From assembly GCA_903846945.1 (NCBI GenBank), contig CAINCE010000073.1:13626-77625 (forward strand): a stretch of 64,000 nt of DNA, given 5' to 3'. The notes beneath the pieces are model-generated. The model did not search any database. It was not told the DNA's origin and saw only the letters and a list, made by a program, of their open reading frames with translations. Within the stretch, counting starts at the first letter, position 1; each line of letters starts with the position of its first letter. The DNA is from an uncultured bacterium. Lineage in GTDB: Bacteria > Patescibacteriota > Minisyncoccia > Phycocordibacterales > PALSA-1337. Positions 38,037 to 48,032 of the stretch are shown piece by piece. A program made the translations under genes and the position numbers.

Positions 38037-38375
38037 TTACGAGCTTGTCTTTAGGGAGGCTATGTATGAAATCCATTTACTTAACATTCGTGAAATTTCC
38101 ACTATTTCCTTTGAGAGTTGTATGTATTTGTCTTCGCTGATAATTTTTAGTTCGTGTTCAGTGCGAATGAGGTTCTTCAATACTTCCGCCTGAACCCTTG
38201 CTAGTTCCAATGTCTTCAGTTTTTGCTCTCTCCGTGTAAATGCCGCTTCTATTAGCAGGGCTAGCAACTTGACCGCGAGATCCTCATTAAGTTTATGAAT
38301 TCCCAATTTATCTCGTTTGGACAATTCGTGTCCTGTGGTATAAATATCCTTATGCAGAATTCTAACTCTATTCAC
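38037..38375 (-). CDS. avd: four-helix-bundle protein, Avd-like DGR accessory protein
   Basis: 112 aa, helical; C-terminal ISEDKYIQLSKEIVEISRMLSKWI; located between TR and RT but on the opposite strand. Confidence 0.65.
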   Translation of the reverse strand: MNRVRILHKDIYTTGHELSKRDKLGIHKLNEDLAVKLLALLIEAAFTRREQKLKTLELARVQAEVLKNLIRTEHELKIISEDKYIQLSKEIVEISRMLSKWISYIASLKTSS

Positions 38376-38385
38376 AATAGTCGGT

Positions 38386-39459
38386 GTGCTGTTGGTATCG
38401 GAAATACTCGCGATATCAGTGGGGCAGACTTTGCGGGGGGGGGGCGCTCATAGTTGTGATTTTTATGATGTAATTTCTATCAAAAATTTACTGATAGCTT
38501 GGAAGGAATTTAGAAAGGGAAAAAGATCGAATGCCAATGTTGCTTCATTTGAACTTTGTTTGGAAGAAAATATATTTAACATGCATAGGATTCTTTCTAC
38601 AGGGACATGGAAACCAGACCCTTATAGAGTATCAGTAATTCAAGATCCGAAACGACGGACCATTCATGCGGCTAGTATACGAGATCGGGTTCTCTATCAA
38701 GCATTATACAGGAAATTGTATCCTGTATTTGATCAGCATTTTATCTACGATGTGTACTCCTCGCGAAATTTCAAGGGGACACACGCTGGTGTGGGAAGAT
38801 TTGCTGTATTTACTAGAAAAGTTTCGCAGAATTATACGAGAGCCGGATATGTATTGAAGTGTGATATACGAAAGTTTTTTGATTCTGTGGATCACCGTAT
38901 ATTGTTCCAACTCATTTCAAAGCGGATTTCGGATAAACGACTTTTGAGGTTGATTTACGATATTATCGATTCATTTCATCACGCTTCGAATAAAGGTTTA
39001 CCTCTTGGAAACGTGACTAGTCAGCTGTTTGCGAATATCTATATGAATGAATTTGATCAATTTGTTAAACACAGACTTAAGGCGAAATATTACATTCGCT
39101 ATTGCGATGACTTTATCATTGCGGAGGTGTCGCTAGAGATACTATTGAAGTATATAGAAACAATACGAGCAGTCCTCCATGAAGAATTGCTATTGGATCT
39201 ACATCCGAAAAAAGTTGAAATACGAAAGATACATAGCGGTATAGATTTTCTCGGCTACGTTTCTCTTCCACATTATGCAGTTATTCGAACTAGTACGAAG
39301 AATAGAATGCTTCGAAAGCTTCATGAAGCAAAAAAACAACGTGATTCGGGGGTCATTTCTAAAGCAAAATTTGATAGCATAGTTGCTTCATATTCTGGAA
39401 TGTTGAAGCATTGTAAGGGCAAGAAGATACTTGATCAGATCAAGGATATTATTAAGTAA
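38386..39459 (+). CDS. DGR reverse transcriptase
   Basis: 357 aa; domain 0 (NLLIAWKEFRKGK), motif 1-2 RRTIHAASIRDRVLYQAL, motif 4 LPLGNVTSQLFANIYMNEFD (the SQ variant typical of DGR RTs), motif 5 YIRYCDDFII (YxDD). A G10 tract sits at codons 17-20. Confidence 0.85.
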   Translation: MLLVSEILAISVGQTLRGGGAHSCDFYDVISIKNLLIAWKEFRKGKRSNANVASFELCLEENIFNMHRILSTGTWKPDPYRVSVIQDPKRRTIHAASIRDRVLYQALYRKLYPVFDQHFIYDVYSSRNFKGTHAGVGRFAVFTRKVSQNYTRAGYVLKCDIRKFFDSVDHRILFQLISKRISDKRLLRLIYDIIDSFHHASNKGLPLGNVTSQLFANIYMNEFDQFVKHRLKAKYYIRYCDDFIIAEVSLEILLKYIETIRAVLHEELLLDLHPKKVEIRKIHSGIDFLGYVSLPHYAVIRTSTKNRMLRKLHEAKKQRDSGVISKAKFDSIVASYSGMLKHCKGKKILDQIKDIIK

Positions 39460-39474
39460 AAAAGGTGAGGTTTT

Positions 39475-40563
39475 CTATTTTTCCCCCTTCTCCAACCACT
39501 GAAATACTTTTTCATTCATGATGACAGTAGCTGCATAGACAGTTGCTCTCTCACGGTCTGCGTCCTTGTAATGCTCGATGATGTGTGCGACCTCTGTTTC
39601 TATCTCTTCTTTTGTTGGTACGATGTTTTCTTTCTTGGATATCTCATTTAGAACGAGCTGCAACTTTGCCTTCTTCTCTGCATGAGGACGCCACTCCCTG
39701 CGAATGTCTTCGAGAGACTTCTTTGCATGTTTCAGATAGTCTTCCATCGTTACTCCCATCTGTTCGATGTCATGTCCGAACTGAGATTGGGTGCGATCTA
39801 ATTCTGCCTCCACCAAGATATCAGGCAGCTCGACTTTTGTTTTTTCGGCAATAGCATCAGCGATACGGATGCGCATCTTTTCTCTGGCTTCATCTTTCTT
39901 GTTCTCACCGATCATCTCACGAACTTTCACTTTGAAATCTTCGATGTTGGTAAAGTCACCAAGTCCACGGACGAACTCATCGTTGAATTCTGGGAGAGAG
40001 TCCATGATGGCTTTCTCATGCTCTTCTGGAGACAATTTTTCATGATCATGTCCTTCGTGTGATGCGTGCGACTTCCTAAGTTTTAGAATTGAATCATCAA
40101 CATCTTTATCGGTCACTTCGATCTTTGCATTTTTCGATTTCTCTACTTCTGCTGTGGCGGTCTTTTTGTAATCTGGCAATGTCATCTCGGGGACTATCGC
40201 AGTTGTGATTTTGAATTCGAGAGGGTTACCTTTTGCAATCTTGGTGATAGCAACTTTCGGTTTACCGACCGCATCTATCTTTTCATTTTGTAAAATATCG
40301 AGATATGCCTGTGAGATGGCGAGCTCTGCCATTTCTTCATTCACTGCTCCATCGCCAACTTTGGCAACGAGGACATTCTCTGGAATCATACCTTTACGGA
40401 AGCCGTCGACGGTTACATATTCATTGATATTTTTAAGCGCTTGGGCACGAAATTTCTCCCAGACCTCGACAGGTATGGAAACGGTTATCTCAACTTCTGA
40501 ACGATCGAGCTTTTTAATAGAGGCGGAGTCATAGGACTTCGCAGTATTCGATGTATTTATCAT
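39475..40563 (-). CDS. tig: trigger factor
   Basis: GFRKGMIPENVLVAKVGDGAVNEE ribosome-binding signature (GFRxGxxP); start taken at MINTSNTAK; the track start is a TTG further upstream. Confidence 0.8.
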   Translation of the reverse strand: MINTSNTAKSYDSASIKKLDRSEVEITVSIPVEVWEKFRAQALKNINEYVTVDGFRKGMIPENVLVAKVGDGAVNEEMAELAISQAYLDILQNEKIDAVGKPKVAITKIAKGNPLEFKITTAIVPEMTLPDYKKTATAEVEKSKNAKIEVTDKDVDDSILKLRKSHASHEGHDHEKLSPEEHEKAIMDSLPEFNDEFVRGLGDFTNIEDFKVKVREMIGENKKDEAREKMRIRIADAIAEKTKVELPDILVEAELDRTQSQFGHDIEQMGVTMEDYLKHAKKSLEDIRREWRPHAEKKAKLQLVLNEISKKENIVPTKEEIETEVAHIIEHYKDADRERATVYAATVIMNEKVFQWLEKGEK

Positions 40564-40629
40564 AAATGGGAGTTTACACGAATAATAAGTTGGGGGCAAG
40601 TATTGGCAGTATTGGCAGGATTTCTGACT

Positions 40630-41004
40630 CTAGAAATTTTGACTATCTATACCAGTTGTAGAGTTGTTGAGATCATTTTGTAATGATTGGATATCGTCGG
40701 TACTGTTAGTTATCGGCTGAACAGATGTTGTCGCTCGGTTAACATCTGCCTGTTGTGTCGCTACTGGAGAATTATCTGCAGGAGGTATGATCTGCTTGTT
40801 CGAATTTGCACCGATAAAATATAGAATGGCAGCAATGACGATGATGACTACTACAAAGATGGCGATGATCGGGCCAACCTTCTTTGAACTCGTGTTTGAC
40901 CTTGTAGGTGTTGTGACGGGAGGAGTCGGAGATGAAGGGCTGACTCGTGGTGTTTCGACGAGTATAGGGAGGTCTTTTATATCTGTGTTGTTTTGTTGGT
41001 CCAT
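40630..41004 (-). CDS. membrane-anchored hypothetical protein
   Basis: 124 aa; Pro/Thr-rich N-terminus and one TM helix (IIAIFVVVIIVIAAILYFI). Confidence 0.4.
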   Translation of the reverse strand: MDQQNNTDIKDLPILVETPRVSPSSPTPPVTTPTRSNTSSKKVGPIIAIFVVVIIVIAAILYFIGANSNKQIIPPADNSPVATQQADVNRATTSVQPITNSTDDIQSLQNDLNNSTTGIDSQNF

Positions 41005-41046
41005 GGAATTATTATAAATTATTTATAAATAGATAGTGAGAGAGAA

Positions 41047-41970
41047 TTATGGTGTAGTCGTGGCGGTGGTAGTAGCAGGAGGTGTAGAAGTTGTTGGGCG
41101 ACCTTCTCCTTTGTTTTCCCCTAGGCGCAGACCCATAGCTCTGGCGATAGCGACAACGACATCGTTCAGTGCCTTCTGGGCGTCTCTCAACGCTCTCTGT
41201 GCTCCGTTAGCGACCAATCGAGGCTTATCTAGGTCGATGGTTGTAGAAGCTGTAGAAGAACCTATATTAGCGGTACTCGTGGCAGATAAGTTCCTAATCG
41301 AGTTTATAGCATTCTGTGCTGCAGTGATCTTGGTATCCGCTATAGCTAGCAAGCGTCTAGCTTCTGTCATATCTCGTGTCGTTGATGCTGTAGTTGTACC
41401 CGTAGTTGCACCGATCTTATCAATACGAGACTGGATACGATCACGAACATTATGGAGATTGTTCACTGCTTTCTGGAGTTCTTTGACTATATTGTTCTTA
41501 CGAGCTTCGAAGAAGTGTATTAGCATCATTTTACCCCCATTCATATATCCACGATCATCTGATGCTTCGCCGCGACCATTTTTCTCGTCATTGCCCCTCA
41601 ATGGCGGAGTTGAAGTCGCCCGTGTAGTTGATGCGTTTCTGTCTCCTATACGAGGTGGTGTTGTAGAACCGTTCCATGGTCGCATGAGGCCTCCGACTAA
41701 TGGTCTAGTTGAACTTCCATTGATCATTCTAGTGGTACTAGCTCGGTCTTCCAATCTAGTATTCCTCAAATCTTGGTTGATTTTGGCGTTATCTAGCTTA
41801 TTTTGAATATCGTTTCTCAATTCTTGCCTCATAGTTGCTGGGGCAGGACGAGGGGGTACTCCTCGAGGTGTACCAGTGGCCGTACCATCGATCTGTGCTT
41901 TTAAAATGGTCGGCATAATGATAACCGCAACGAAAGCGATCAGTGCAAGTGAAATGTATGTTTTTTTCAT
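41047..41970 (-). CDS. secreted hypothetical protein
   Basis: Signal-peptide-like start MKKTYISLALIAFVAVIIMPTILKA; Thr/Ala-rich, helical. Confidence 0.45.
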   Translation of the reverse strand: MKKTYISLALIAFVAVIIMPTILKAQIDGTATGTPRGVPPRPAPATMRQELRNDIQNKLDNAKINQDLRNTRLEDRASTTRMINGSSTRPLVGGLMRPWNGSTTPPRIGDRNASTTRATSTPPLRGNDEKNGRGEASDDRGYMNGGKMMLIHFFEARKNNIVKELQKAVNNLHNVRDRIQSRIDKIGATTGTTTASTTRDMTEARRLLAIADTKITAAQNAINSIRNLSATSTANIGSSTASTTIDLDKPRLVANGAQRALRDAQKALNDVVVAIARAMGLRLGENKGEGRPTTSTPPATTTATTTP

Positions 41971-42111
41971 GGTTATTTTGATTATTGGTGAATTATTAGC
42001 CACATTATCGTGGTCATAATAAGTATATCATAGGAGTAATATTTGGGGTAACGAGAGTTCCCCGAGTTCAACAATCAATTGTTAGCGACAAGGTCTACCC
42101 TTGTCGGATAA

Positions 42112-44133
42112 TTAGACCAGGAATGCAACGATGAGCAATGCCACGATGTTCAAGATCTTGATCATTGGGTTTATCGCTGGACCTGCTGTGTCTTTGTAAG
42201 GATCACCAACCGTGTCTCCAGTGACAGCTGCTTTGTGAGCATCTCCACCCTTGCCACCATGTGCACCACCTTCGATATGCTTCTTCGCATTGTCCCAGGC
42301 ACCACCACCAGAAGTCATAGATATAGCCACAAATAGGCCAGTGACGATAGATCCTACGAGCAAACCCCCTAGAGCTACAGGACCCAAGACGAATCCGACG
42401 AAGATAGGAGCGACGATCGGGATGAGAGCAGGAACGATCATCTCCTTGATAGCGGCAGAAGTGACGATATCGACACATCGTGCATAGTCAGGTTTGGCAG
42501 TTCCTTGCATGATGCCTTTGATCTCGCGGAACTGGCGGCGAACTTCCTCAACGACTTTACCAGCTGCTTTTCCAACAGCTTCCATGGATAGGGCGGCAAA
42601 GTAGTAAGGTAGTAGACCTCCGATGAATAGACCGACGATAACGAGTGGGTCACTTAGGTCAAATAATACTTTCGGTGCCATTTTACACATTGCTCCGATC
42701 GGACATGCTGGGTTTATAACCTCTGTATACGAAGCGAACAATACTAGAGCGGCTAGACCTGCTGAACCGATAGCGTAACCTTTCGTAACAGCTTTGGTGG
42801 TATTACCGACAGCATCTAGCGGATCTGTAACATCGCGAACTTCCTTTGGAAGGTTGGACATCTCTGCGATACCGCCAGCATTGTCAGTGATAGGTCCGTA
42901 TGCGTCGATAGCGACGATGATACCTGCCATAGAGAGCATGGACATTGCAGCCACTGCTATACCGTATAGACCTGCGAAGTAGTAAGCGGCGAGGATACCT
43001 AGAACTATCGTTATGAGAGGCCATGCTGTGGATTTCATCGAGATAGCTAGACCTTGGATGATGTTAGTACCATGACCAGAGACGGAAGCTTTGGCTATGG
43101 ACTGGACGGGTGCGTACTTGGTCGAAGTGTAGTACTCAGTGATGACGACCAAGAGTGCTGTAACTATGAGACCGACTAGTGTACAACCAAATAGATTTGC
43201 AACACTGTAGAGGCCATTTAGTTTCATTAGTACATTTGTAACAGGGTAGAAGACGATAGCAGAGAGGACGGCCGCGACGATGAGACCTTTGTACATGGCA
43301 CCCATGATATTCTGTGACTTTCCTAGTTTTACGAACCATGTACCGATGATCGAGGCGATGATGGCGATACCACCTAGAGCTAGTGGATATACGAGCGCAC
43401 CACTAAATCCATTGAATATAGTGTTTCCGAGCATCATGGCGGCGATAGTGGTAACAGCATATGTTTCGAATAAGTCAGCTGCCATGCCTGCGCAGTCTCC
43501 CACATTATCTCCGACATTGTCAGCGATAACTCCTGGATTTCTAGGATCATCTTCTGGGATGCCGGCTTCAACCTTTCCTACTAGATCCGTTCCTACATCA
43601 GCGGCTTTGGTAAATATACCTCCACCTAGTCTAGCGAATACTGATATGAGAGACGCACCGAATGCTAGACCGATGAGTGAACTGATATCCTTGGTTATGG
43701 CGTAAAATCCTGTAACTCCGAGCAGAGCTAAACCTACTACGAGAAATCCCGTCACGGAACCGCCTTTGAATGCTAAGTCGAGTGCTGGAGCTAGTCCGTG
43801 TCGAGCTGCCTCTGCTGTACGGACATTGGTTCTAACAGATACATTCATACCGATATATCCAGCTAGGGCAGATAGGACAGCACCGACGATGAATCCTAGT
43901 GCGATAGTGATACCTAGTGCTAGCCATAGGACGATGAATAGGACCACGGCGATCATGGCGATAGTGCGGTATTGGCGGTTTAGATATGCCTTGGCACCTG
44001 CCTGGATAGCAGCGGCGATCTCCTTCATTTTGTCATTTCCCGCGGATTTCTTTAGGATAGAATTGATAAGGTATGCTCCATATAGTAGAGCGATGATAGA
44101 AGCTACGAGAGCGAAGATGATTGAGTTTGACAT
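42112..44133 (-). CDS. hppA: membrane-bound proton/sodium-translocating pyrophosphatase
   Basis: 673 aa, about 15 TM helices; [38 protein letters not shown] and [14 protein letters not shown] motifs. Confidence 0.95.
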   Translation of the reverse strand: MSNSIIFALVASIIALLYGAYLINSILKKSAGNDKMKEIAAAIQAGAKAYLNRQYRTIAMIAVVLFIVLWLALGITIALGFIVGAVLSALAGYIGMNVSVRTNVRTAEAARHGLAPALDLAFKGGSVTGFLVVGLALLGVTGFYAITKDISSLIGLAFGASLISVFARLGGGIFTKAADVGTDLVGKVEAGIPEDDPRNPGVIADNVGDNVGDCAGMAADLFETYAVTTIAAMMLGNTIFNGFSGALVYPLALGGIAIIASIIGTWFVKLGKSQNIMGAMYKGLIVAAVLSAIVFYPVTNVLMKLNGLYSVANLFGCTLVGLIVTALLVVITEYYTSTKYAPVQSIAKASVSGHGTNIIQGLAISMKSTAWPLITIVLGILAAYYFAGLYGIAVAAMSMLSMAGIIVAIDAYGPITDNAGGIAEMSNLPKEVRDVTDPLDAVGNTTKAVTKGYAIGSAGLAALVLFASYTEVINPACPIGAMCKMAPKVLFDLSDPLVIVGLFIGGLLPYYFAALSMEAVGKAAGKVVEEVRRQFREIKGIMQGTAKPDYARCVDIVTSAAIKEMIVPALIPIVAPIFVGFVLGPVALGGLLVGSIVTGLFVAISMTSGGGAWDNAKKHIEGGAHGGKGGDAHKAAVTGDTVGDPYKDTAGPAINPMIKILNIVALLIVAFLV

Positions 44134-44566
44134 TTTATTGAGTCAAAAGTCTTTAAAGTATTTAAAGTCTATAAAGTTATATTGGTGCACTTTATGGACT
44201 TTATGGACTTTCGACTTTATGGACTGGTTTGATATTTGATAATTAATAATGATAACTATACAATAGTGCCGATTCTAGCAGGTTTTCGTGCATTTGGGAG
44301 GGTTGACAGAATATATATATACTTATGTAAGATTTTGTTGAATCGAAAGGAGATGATTCCTACTTTAGTATCATTCAAGATAAAGTTGTATCTGTCATAA
44401 CTATTGACCATTAAAGCAAAACCGCACAAACCTTTGCGATCATCCCTTGGATGGTCCCGTTGTGCGGAATTACTTGATTTCTAATCTATTCTGAGTAATT
44501 ATTTCTAGTTAAGTAGACTGTGACGTTCCATGCACGTTCGATGGTAGCCGAAGTACCGTCGAGCAC

Positions 44567-45577
44567 TTAATGCCCCTTGACGTGTTTGCTGATGGACTCC
44601 GCATCTAAACTATAAGCTCTAACAAAGGAATCGTCCACATGAGCATACAGAATACCCTTACCTCTATCGACTTCTACGAATTGACTAGCAAAAGTGATCG
44701 TCTTTGCCTCACTATCTCTGATGAGTGGTTCTGGTGATACCCAATCAATGACCCCATTTTCATAGTCATAGATAAATAGGCCTATTGAAAATATTCCGTA
44801 TTTTATCGTATCACCAACTCTCATGTTAGCTTCACGCCCGTTCATCACACCTAGTAATTTTCCTTCTCCTACATCGATGAAATCTCTAGAAAATAGTGGT
44901 CCAGGGGAAGCGTGCCCACCGATCCAAGGAATCTCGTGTTCAGCAGGGTGAAATACTATCTCTCCAAATTTCCAGTTTTTCCCCATATCGTCAGCCACCG
45001 CGAGTCTCACGACAGAATATGTAAAGTCACTTTCTGTTTTGCCTGATTCGACGAGGTTGTATCTAAACCCTTGTTTGTTTATAGGTGATATAGATAACTC
45101 TTTTGCACCACCTTGTTTGTCAGCCATGAGTACAGGCATCGTCATCTCAAGTGAGTCTAGGTCTCTGCCAACTGCATGACCTAGGTGAATCTTGGTATTG
45201 TGTTCGAGTTTATCTATGAGGGGAAGGGTAAAATATAAATGCATCAAATCGGTCTTTTCATCAATCCAGATATCAGGATCTTCAAGACCGATGAAATCCA
45301 ACCCGTCTTCGATGAGTTTACTTATGATTTCTTTCTCATTTTTTATATTTAAACGCTCACCTATTTGAAAAGATTCGAGTGAATTGCCTATTATCTTATG
45401 TAACTCACTTCGGTCGATGTATCCATGGACTTGGACATCACCTTCACGACTCGTTATGCACCTCGCGACCCCTTCTCTGTAATTTACTCGTGGGTCGAGT
45501 GAGATTGCCATCATATGTGTGAATCGTGGATTGGTATCTATCACTCTACCTGTATGCTGAATGTATCGGTTGTTCAT
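44567..45577 (-). CDS. hypothetical protein
   Basis: 336 aa; no confident family assignment. Confidence 0.45.
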   Translation of the reverse strand: MNNRYIQHTGRVIDTNPRFTHMMAISLDPRVNYREGVARCITSREGDVQVHGYIDRSELHKIIGNSLESFQIGERLNIKNEKEIISKLIEDGLDFIGLEDPDIWIDEKTDLMHLYFTLPLIDKLEHNTKIHLGHAVGRDLDSLEMTMPVLMADKQGGAKELSISPINKQGFRYNLVESGKTESDFTYSVVRLAVADDMGKNWKFGEIVFHPAEHEIPWIGGHASPGPLFSRDFIDVGEGKLLGVMNGREANMRVGDTIKYGIFSIGLFIYDYENGVIDWVSPEPLIRDSEAKTITFASQFVEVDRGKGILYAHVDDSFVRAYSLDAESISKHVKGH

Positions 45578-45650
45578 GGGTTGATTTTATAACAATCCAC
45601 GAGTGAGAGCAAACTTTCTCCAAAAAATTGGCGCTATACCCGAAAGGTAT

Positions 45651-46490
45651 TTATTTTTCAAATACCATCAGATGATGTCTATCTTGGATAGTAGGCTGAT
45701 CGAATCCTAGGTCTTTAGAATGTGTGCATTTCCAACCATATTTCTCAAACCTTTTTATCCAAGTGAATGGCGTCTCGTATGAGCCTGGAACTGGAATGTT
45801 GGCGTAGTTAAAAAATCTATTCCATAAAGAATCATTCAATATCATCCTTCCCCAATCCTGTTTCGCATTTTCATCATTATCTGCTTCTGGTACGGTTTCT
45901 ATGATGACAAGTTTTTTGGCTGTAATACGATCGAGTTCGGCAAGGATCTTTTCGTTATCAAATTCATGATGAATTACATTTGTAAGCACAGCACAAGAAT
46001 AATATTTATCTGCTACCGGTACAGAATACCCATCAAAGACTTTTACGGGTACAGTTATATTACTGGCGCGAAAATCCCTCACATCAACCCCTTCAATGTC
46101 TAGACCTAGTGAATCATGGAGTATCTGCGTGAATGTCCCACTTCCACAACCATAGTCAATGACTTTACCTTTGACTCCATCAAGAAATCTCTCCAATTGG
46201 CTGAACATGATCTGGAAACGCCCGGCGAGCCCATCTCGGATCATTTCAAAGACCGTCTTCCCGTTCACCTTTTCGGTTTCAAAAAACTTCTTAACTTTTG
46301 ATTCTGCATCCTCTATTGTTGAGGCGTTTTTTATGGAAGAAAGAACAAGCTCGGCAAATCTATTGGCTTGCTTTTGATCCGCGCCAAGTCTTTCAAAGGT
46401 CTTTGAATAATCGAGGAATACTTTTTCGTATGTATTCGGATCATCGGTCCATGTCTGTAAATTAGTAAGTAATTTTTTGTTGGATTCCAT
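45651..46490 (-). CDS. class I SAM-dependent methyltransferase
   Basis: VIDYGCGSGTFTQIL motif I; start taken at MESNKKLL. Confidence 0.75.
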   Translation of the reverse strand: MESNKKLLTNLQTWTDDPNTYEKVFLDYSKTFERLGADQKQANRFAELVLSSIKNASTIEDAESKVKKFFETEKVNGKTVFEMIRDGLAGRFQIMFSQLERFLDGVKGKVIDYGCGSGTFTQILHDSLGLDIEGVDVRDFRASNITVPVKVFDGYSVPVADKYYSCAVLTNVIHHEFDNEKILAELDRITAKKLVIIETVPEADNDENAKQDWGRMILNDSLWNRFFNYANIPVPGSYETPFTWIKRFEKYGWKCTHSKDLGFDQPTIQDRHHLMVFEK

Positions 46491-46684
46491 TTTGATTAAT
46501 AAGTTTATAAGAATAGAAAAGTATGATTTGATCGCTTGGCTACACATAGCAAAACCTCACAAACCTTTGCGATCATCCCTTGGATGGTCCCGTTGTGCGG
46601 AATTACTTGCTTACACAATATATTACACGAAAAATTCAATAAATCAATCTAGACATAGCTAACCATAGTATGTAGAATGAGACA

Positions 46685-46906
46685 ATGGCAAATCTAAGCA
46701 AACAATACCAAATATTTATCGGCAGAAAGATCCGTGTTGAGAGGGAAAAGATGGGGGTGTCGCAGGAAGGGTTAGGGAAACTAGCAAAAGTTCATCGAAC
46801 TTATGTTGGTATGGTTGAACGCGGTGAAAAGAATATAACTATACATAACCTGATCAAATTTGCCGATGCTCTCGGTGTGAAAGTGAGAGATTTGGTTGAT
46901 TTCTAA
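46685..46906 (+). CDS. XRE-family HTH transcriptional regulator
   Basis: 73 aa; MGVSQEGLGKLAKVHRTYVGMVERGEKNITIHNLIKFADALGV. Confidence 0.8.
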   Translation: MANLSKQYQIFIGRKIRVEREKMGVSQEGLGKLAKVHRTYVGMVERGEKNITIHNLIKFADALGVKVRDLVDF

Positions 46907-47255
46907 TCTATTCTGAGTAATTATTTCTAGTTAAGTAGACTGTGGATAACTAAATTGCTTGACATATCTTTTTACTTTGCTATGCTACTCATAGATAGCG
47001 CTAATCAAGATTAGCATGTCGAGAGTACAAAGATGAAATCAAAAACGAATATTTGGGTCATTGTTGGTGTGAGCAAATTTACCTTGCGTTCTGGTATTGA
47101 TTCCATGAGTACCCCGATCAAGGGTGATGAAATCGACGATCATGACGACAGGGTTCCGAACTGACCGTTAGTAACCAATGGTCAGTAGAGATATTTCCGC
47201 CTTAATTCAAAGGCGGCATAGCAAAGCAACAATATAGACCAAGATTAGAAATCTT

Positions 47256-47468
47256 ATGAAAAAAGCGTTTACCTTTCAGTTGAAAGACGACGACTTCAAA
47301 GTTTCTGGTTGGTGTGGAAATCGTCCAAAATGTGTCCAAGTCGCAGTAAAACCTCAAGGGGTTGCACTGCGGGACAGCAAAGACCCGTCGAAGACGACCC
47401 TCTTCTTCACCAATGGTGAGTGGAATGCCTTCACGAAAGGCGTCATCTCAGGAGACTTTCGACAGTAG
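47256..47468 (+). CDS. DUF397 domain protein
   Basis: 70 aa; FKVSGWCGNRPKCVQVAV...VALRDSKDPSKTTLFFTNGEWNAFTKGV matches the DUF397 pattern known from actinobacterial XRE-DUF397 pairs. Confidence 0.65.
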   Translation: MKKAFTFQLKDDDFKVSGWCGNRPKCVQVAVKPQGVALRDSKDPSKTTLFFTNGEWNAFTKGVISGDFRQ

Positions 47469-47534
47469 TCATTACATACTGACCGTGTTAGTTTCAAGAG
47501 GGGCACGACAAATGCCCCTCCCTTATTTAATTAC

Positions 47535-48032
47535 ATGATCTACATAATTCCTGGACTGGGAGAGGATTGTCAGTTGCTAAGATATAGAAGATTAAAATTA
47601 GCCCTACAATCCCAAGGGTACAAAGTAAAGTGTTTCAATCCTGACTGGTATAAGCCTCTGTCTGACCAGATATTTCGTGTTGAGAAGAATTCTATCGTTA
47701 TAGGCTTTTCTTTTGGTGCCGTTCTCGCGTATTTGATAGCCAAGAGATTTACATTCAAGAAGGTTATTTTCGCTTCACTTTCACCCATCCACGAGTTCAC
47801 ATTTGAAGATCTGGTGAATGATCTAAATAAACACATGCCAAGAAAACTTGCCGTTCAAATATCGAGGGATATCAAGAACATTAGGATTTCTATTGGTAGT
47901 CTGGATGTCCCACGAATTTCTTTGGCAGGGGAATATGAGAAGATGTTTGCGGACATCGTCGTCCCCAAGACAAGACATCGAATAACAAATCGATATATTG
48001 ACTATATATTGCTAGCGGTAGAGAGTTTGTAA
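47535..48032 (+). CDS. alpha/beta-hydrolase-fold protein, putative
   Basis: 165 aa; GFSFGA nucleophile elbow (GxSxG). Confidence 0.45.
   Translation: MIYIIPGLGEDCQLLRYRRLKLALQSQGYKVKCFNPDWYKPLSDQIFRVEKNSIVIGFSFGAVLAYLIAKRFTFKKVIFASLSPIHEFTFEDLVNDLNKHMPRKLAVQISRDIKNIRISIGSLDVPRISLAGEYEKMFADIVVPKTRHRITNRYIDYILLAVESL

Noticed and set aside
37604-38140. 178-aa plus-strand ORF spanning the TR and overlapping avd
   Set aside because: Its conserved-looking C-terminal part is simply the TR (a non-coding template copy of the VR). The N-terminal part is junk and the ORF overlaps the better-supported minus-strand Avd-like gene.
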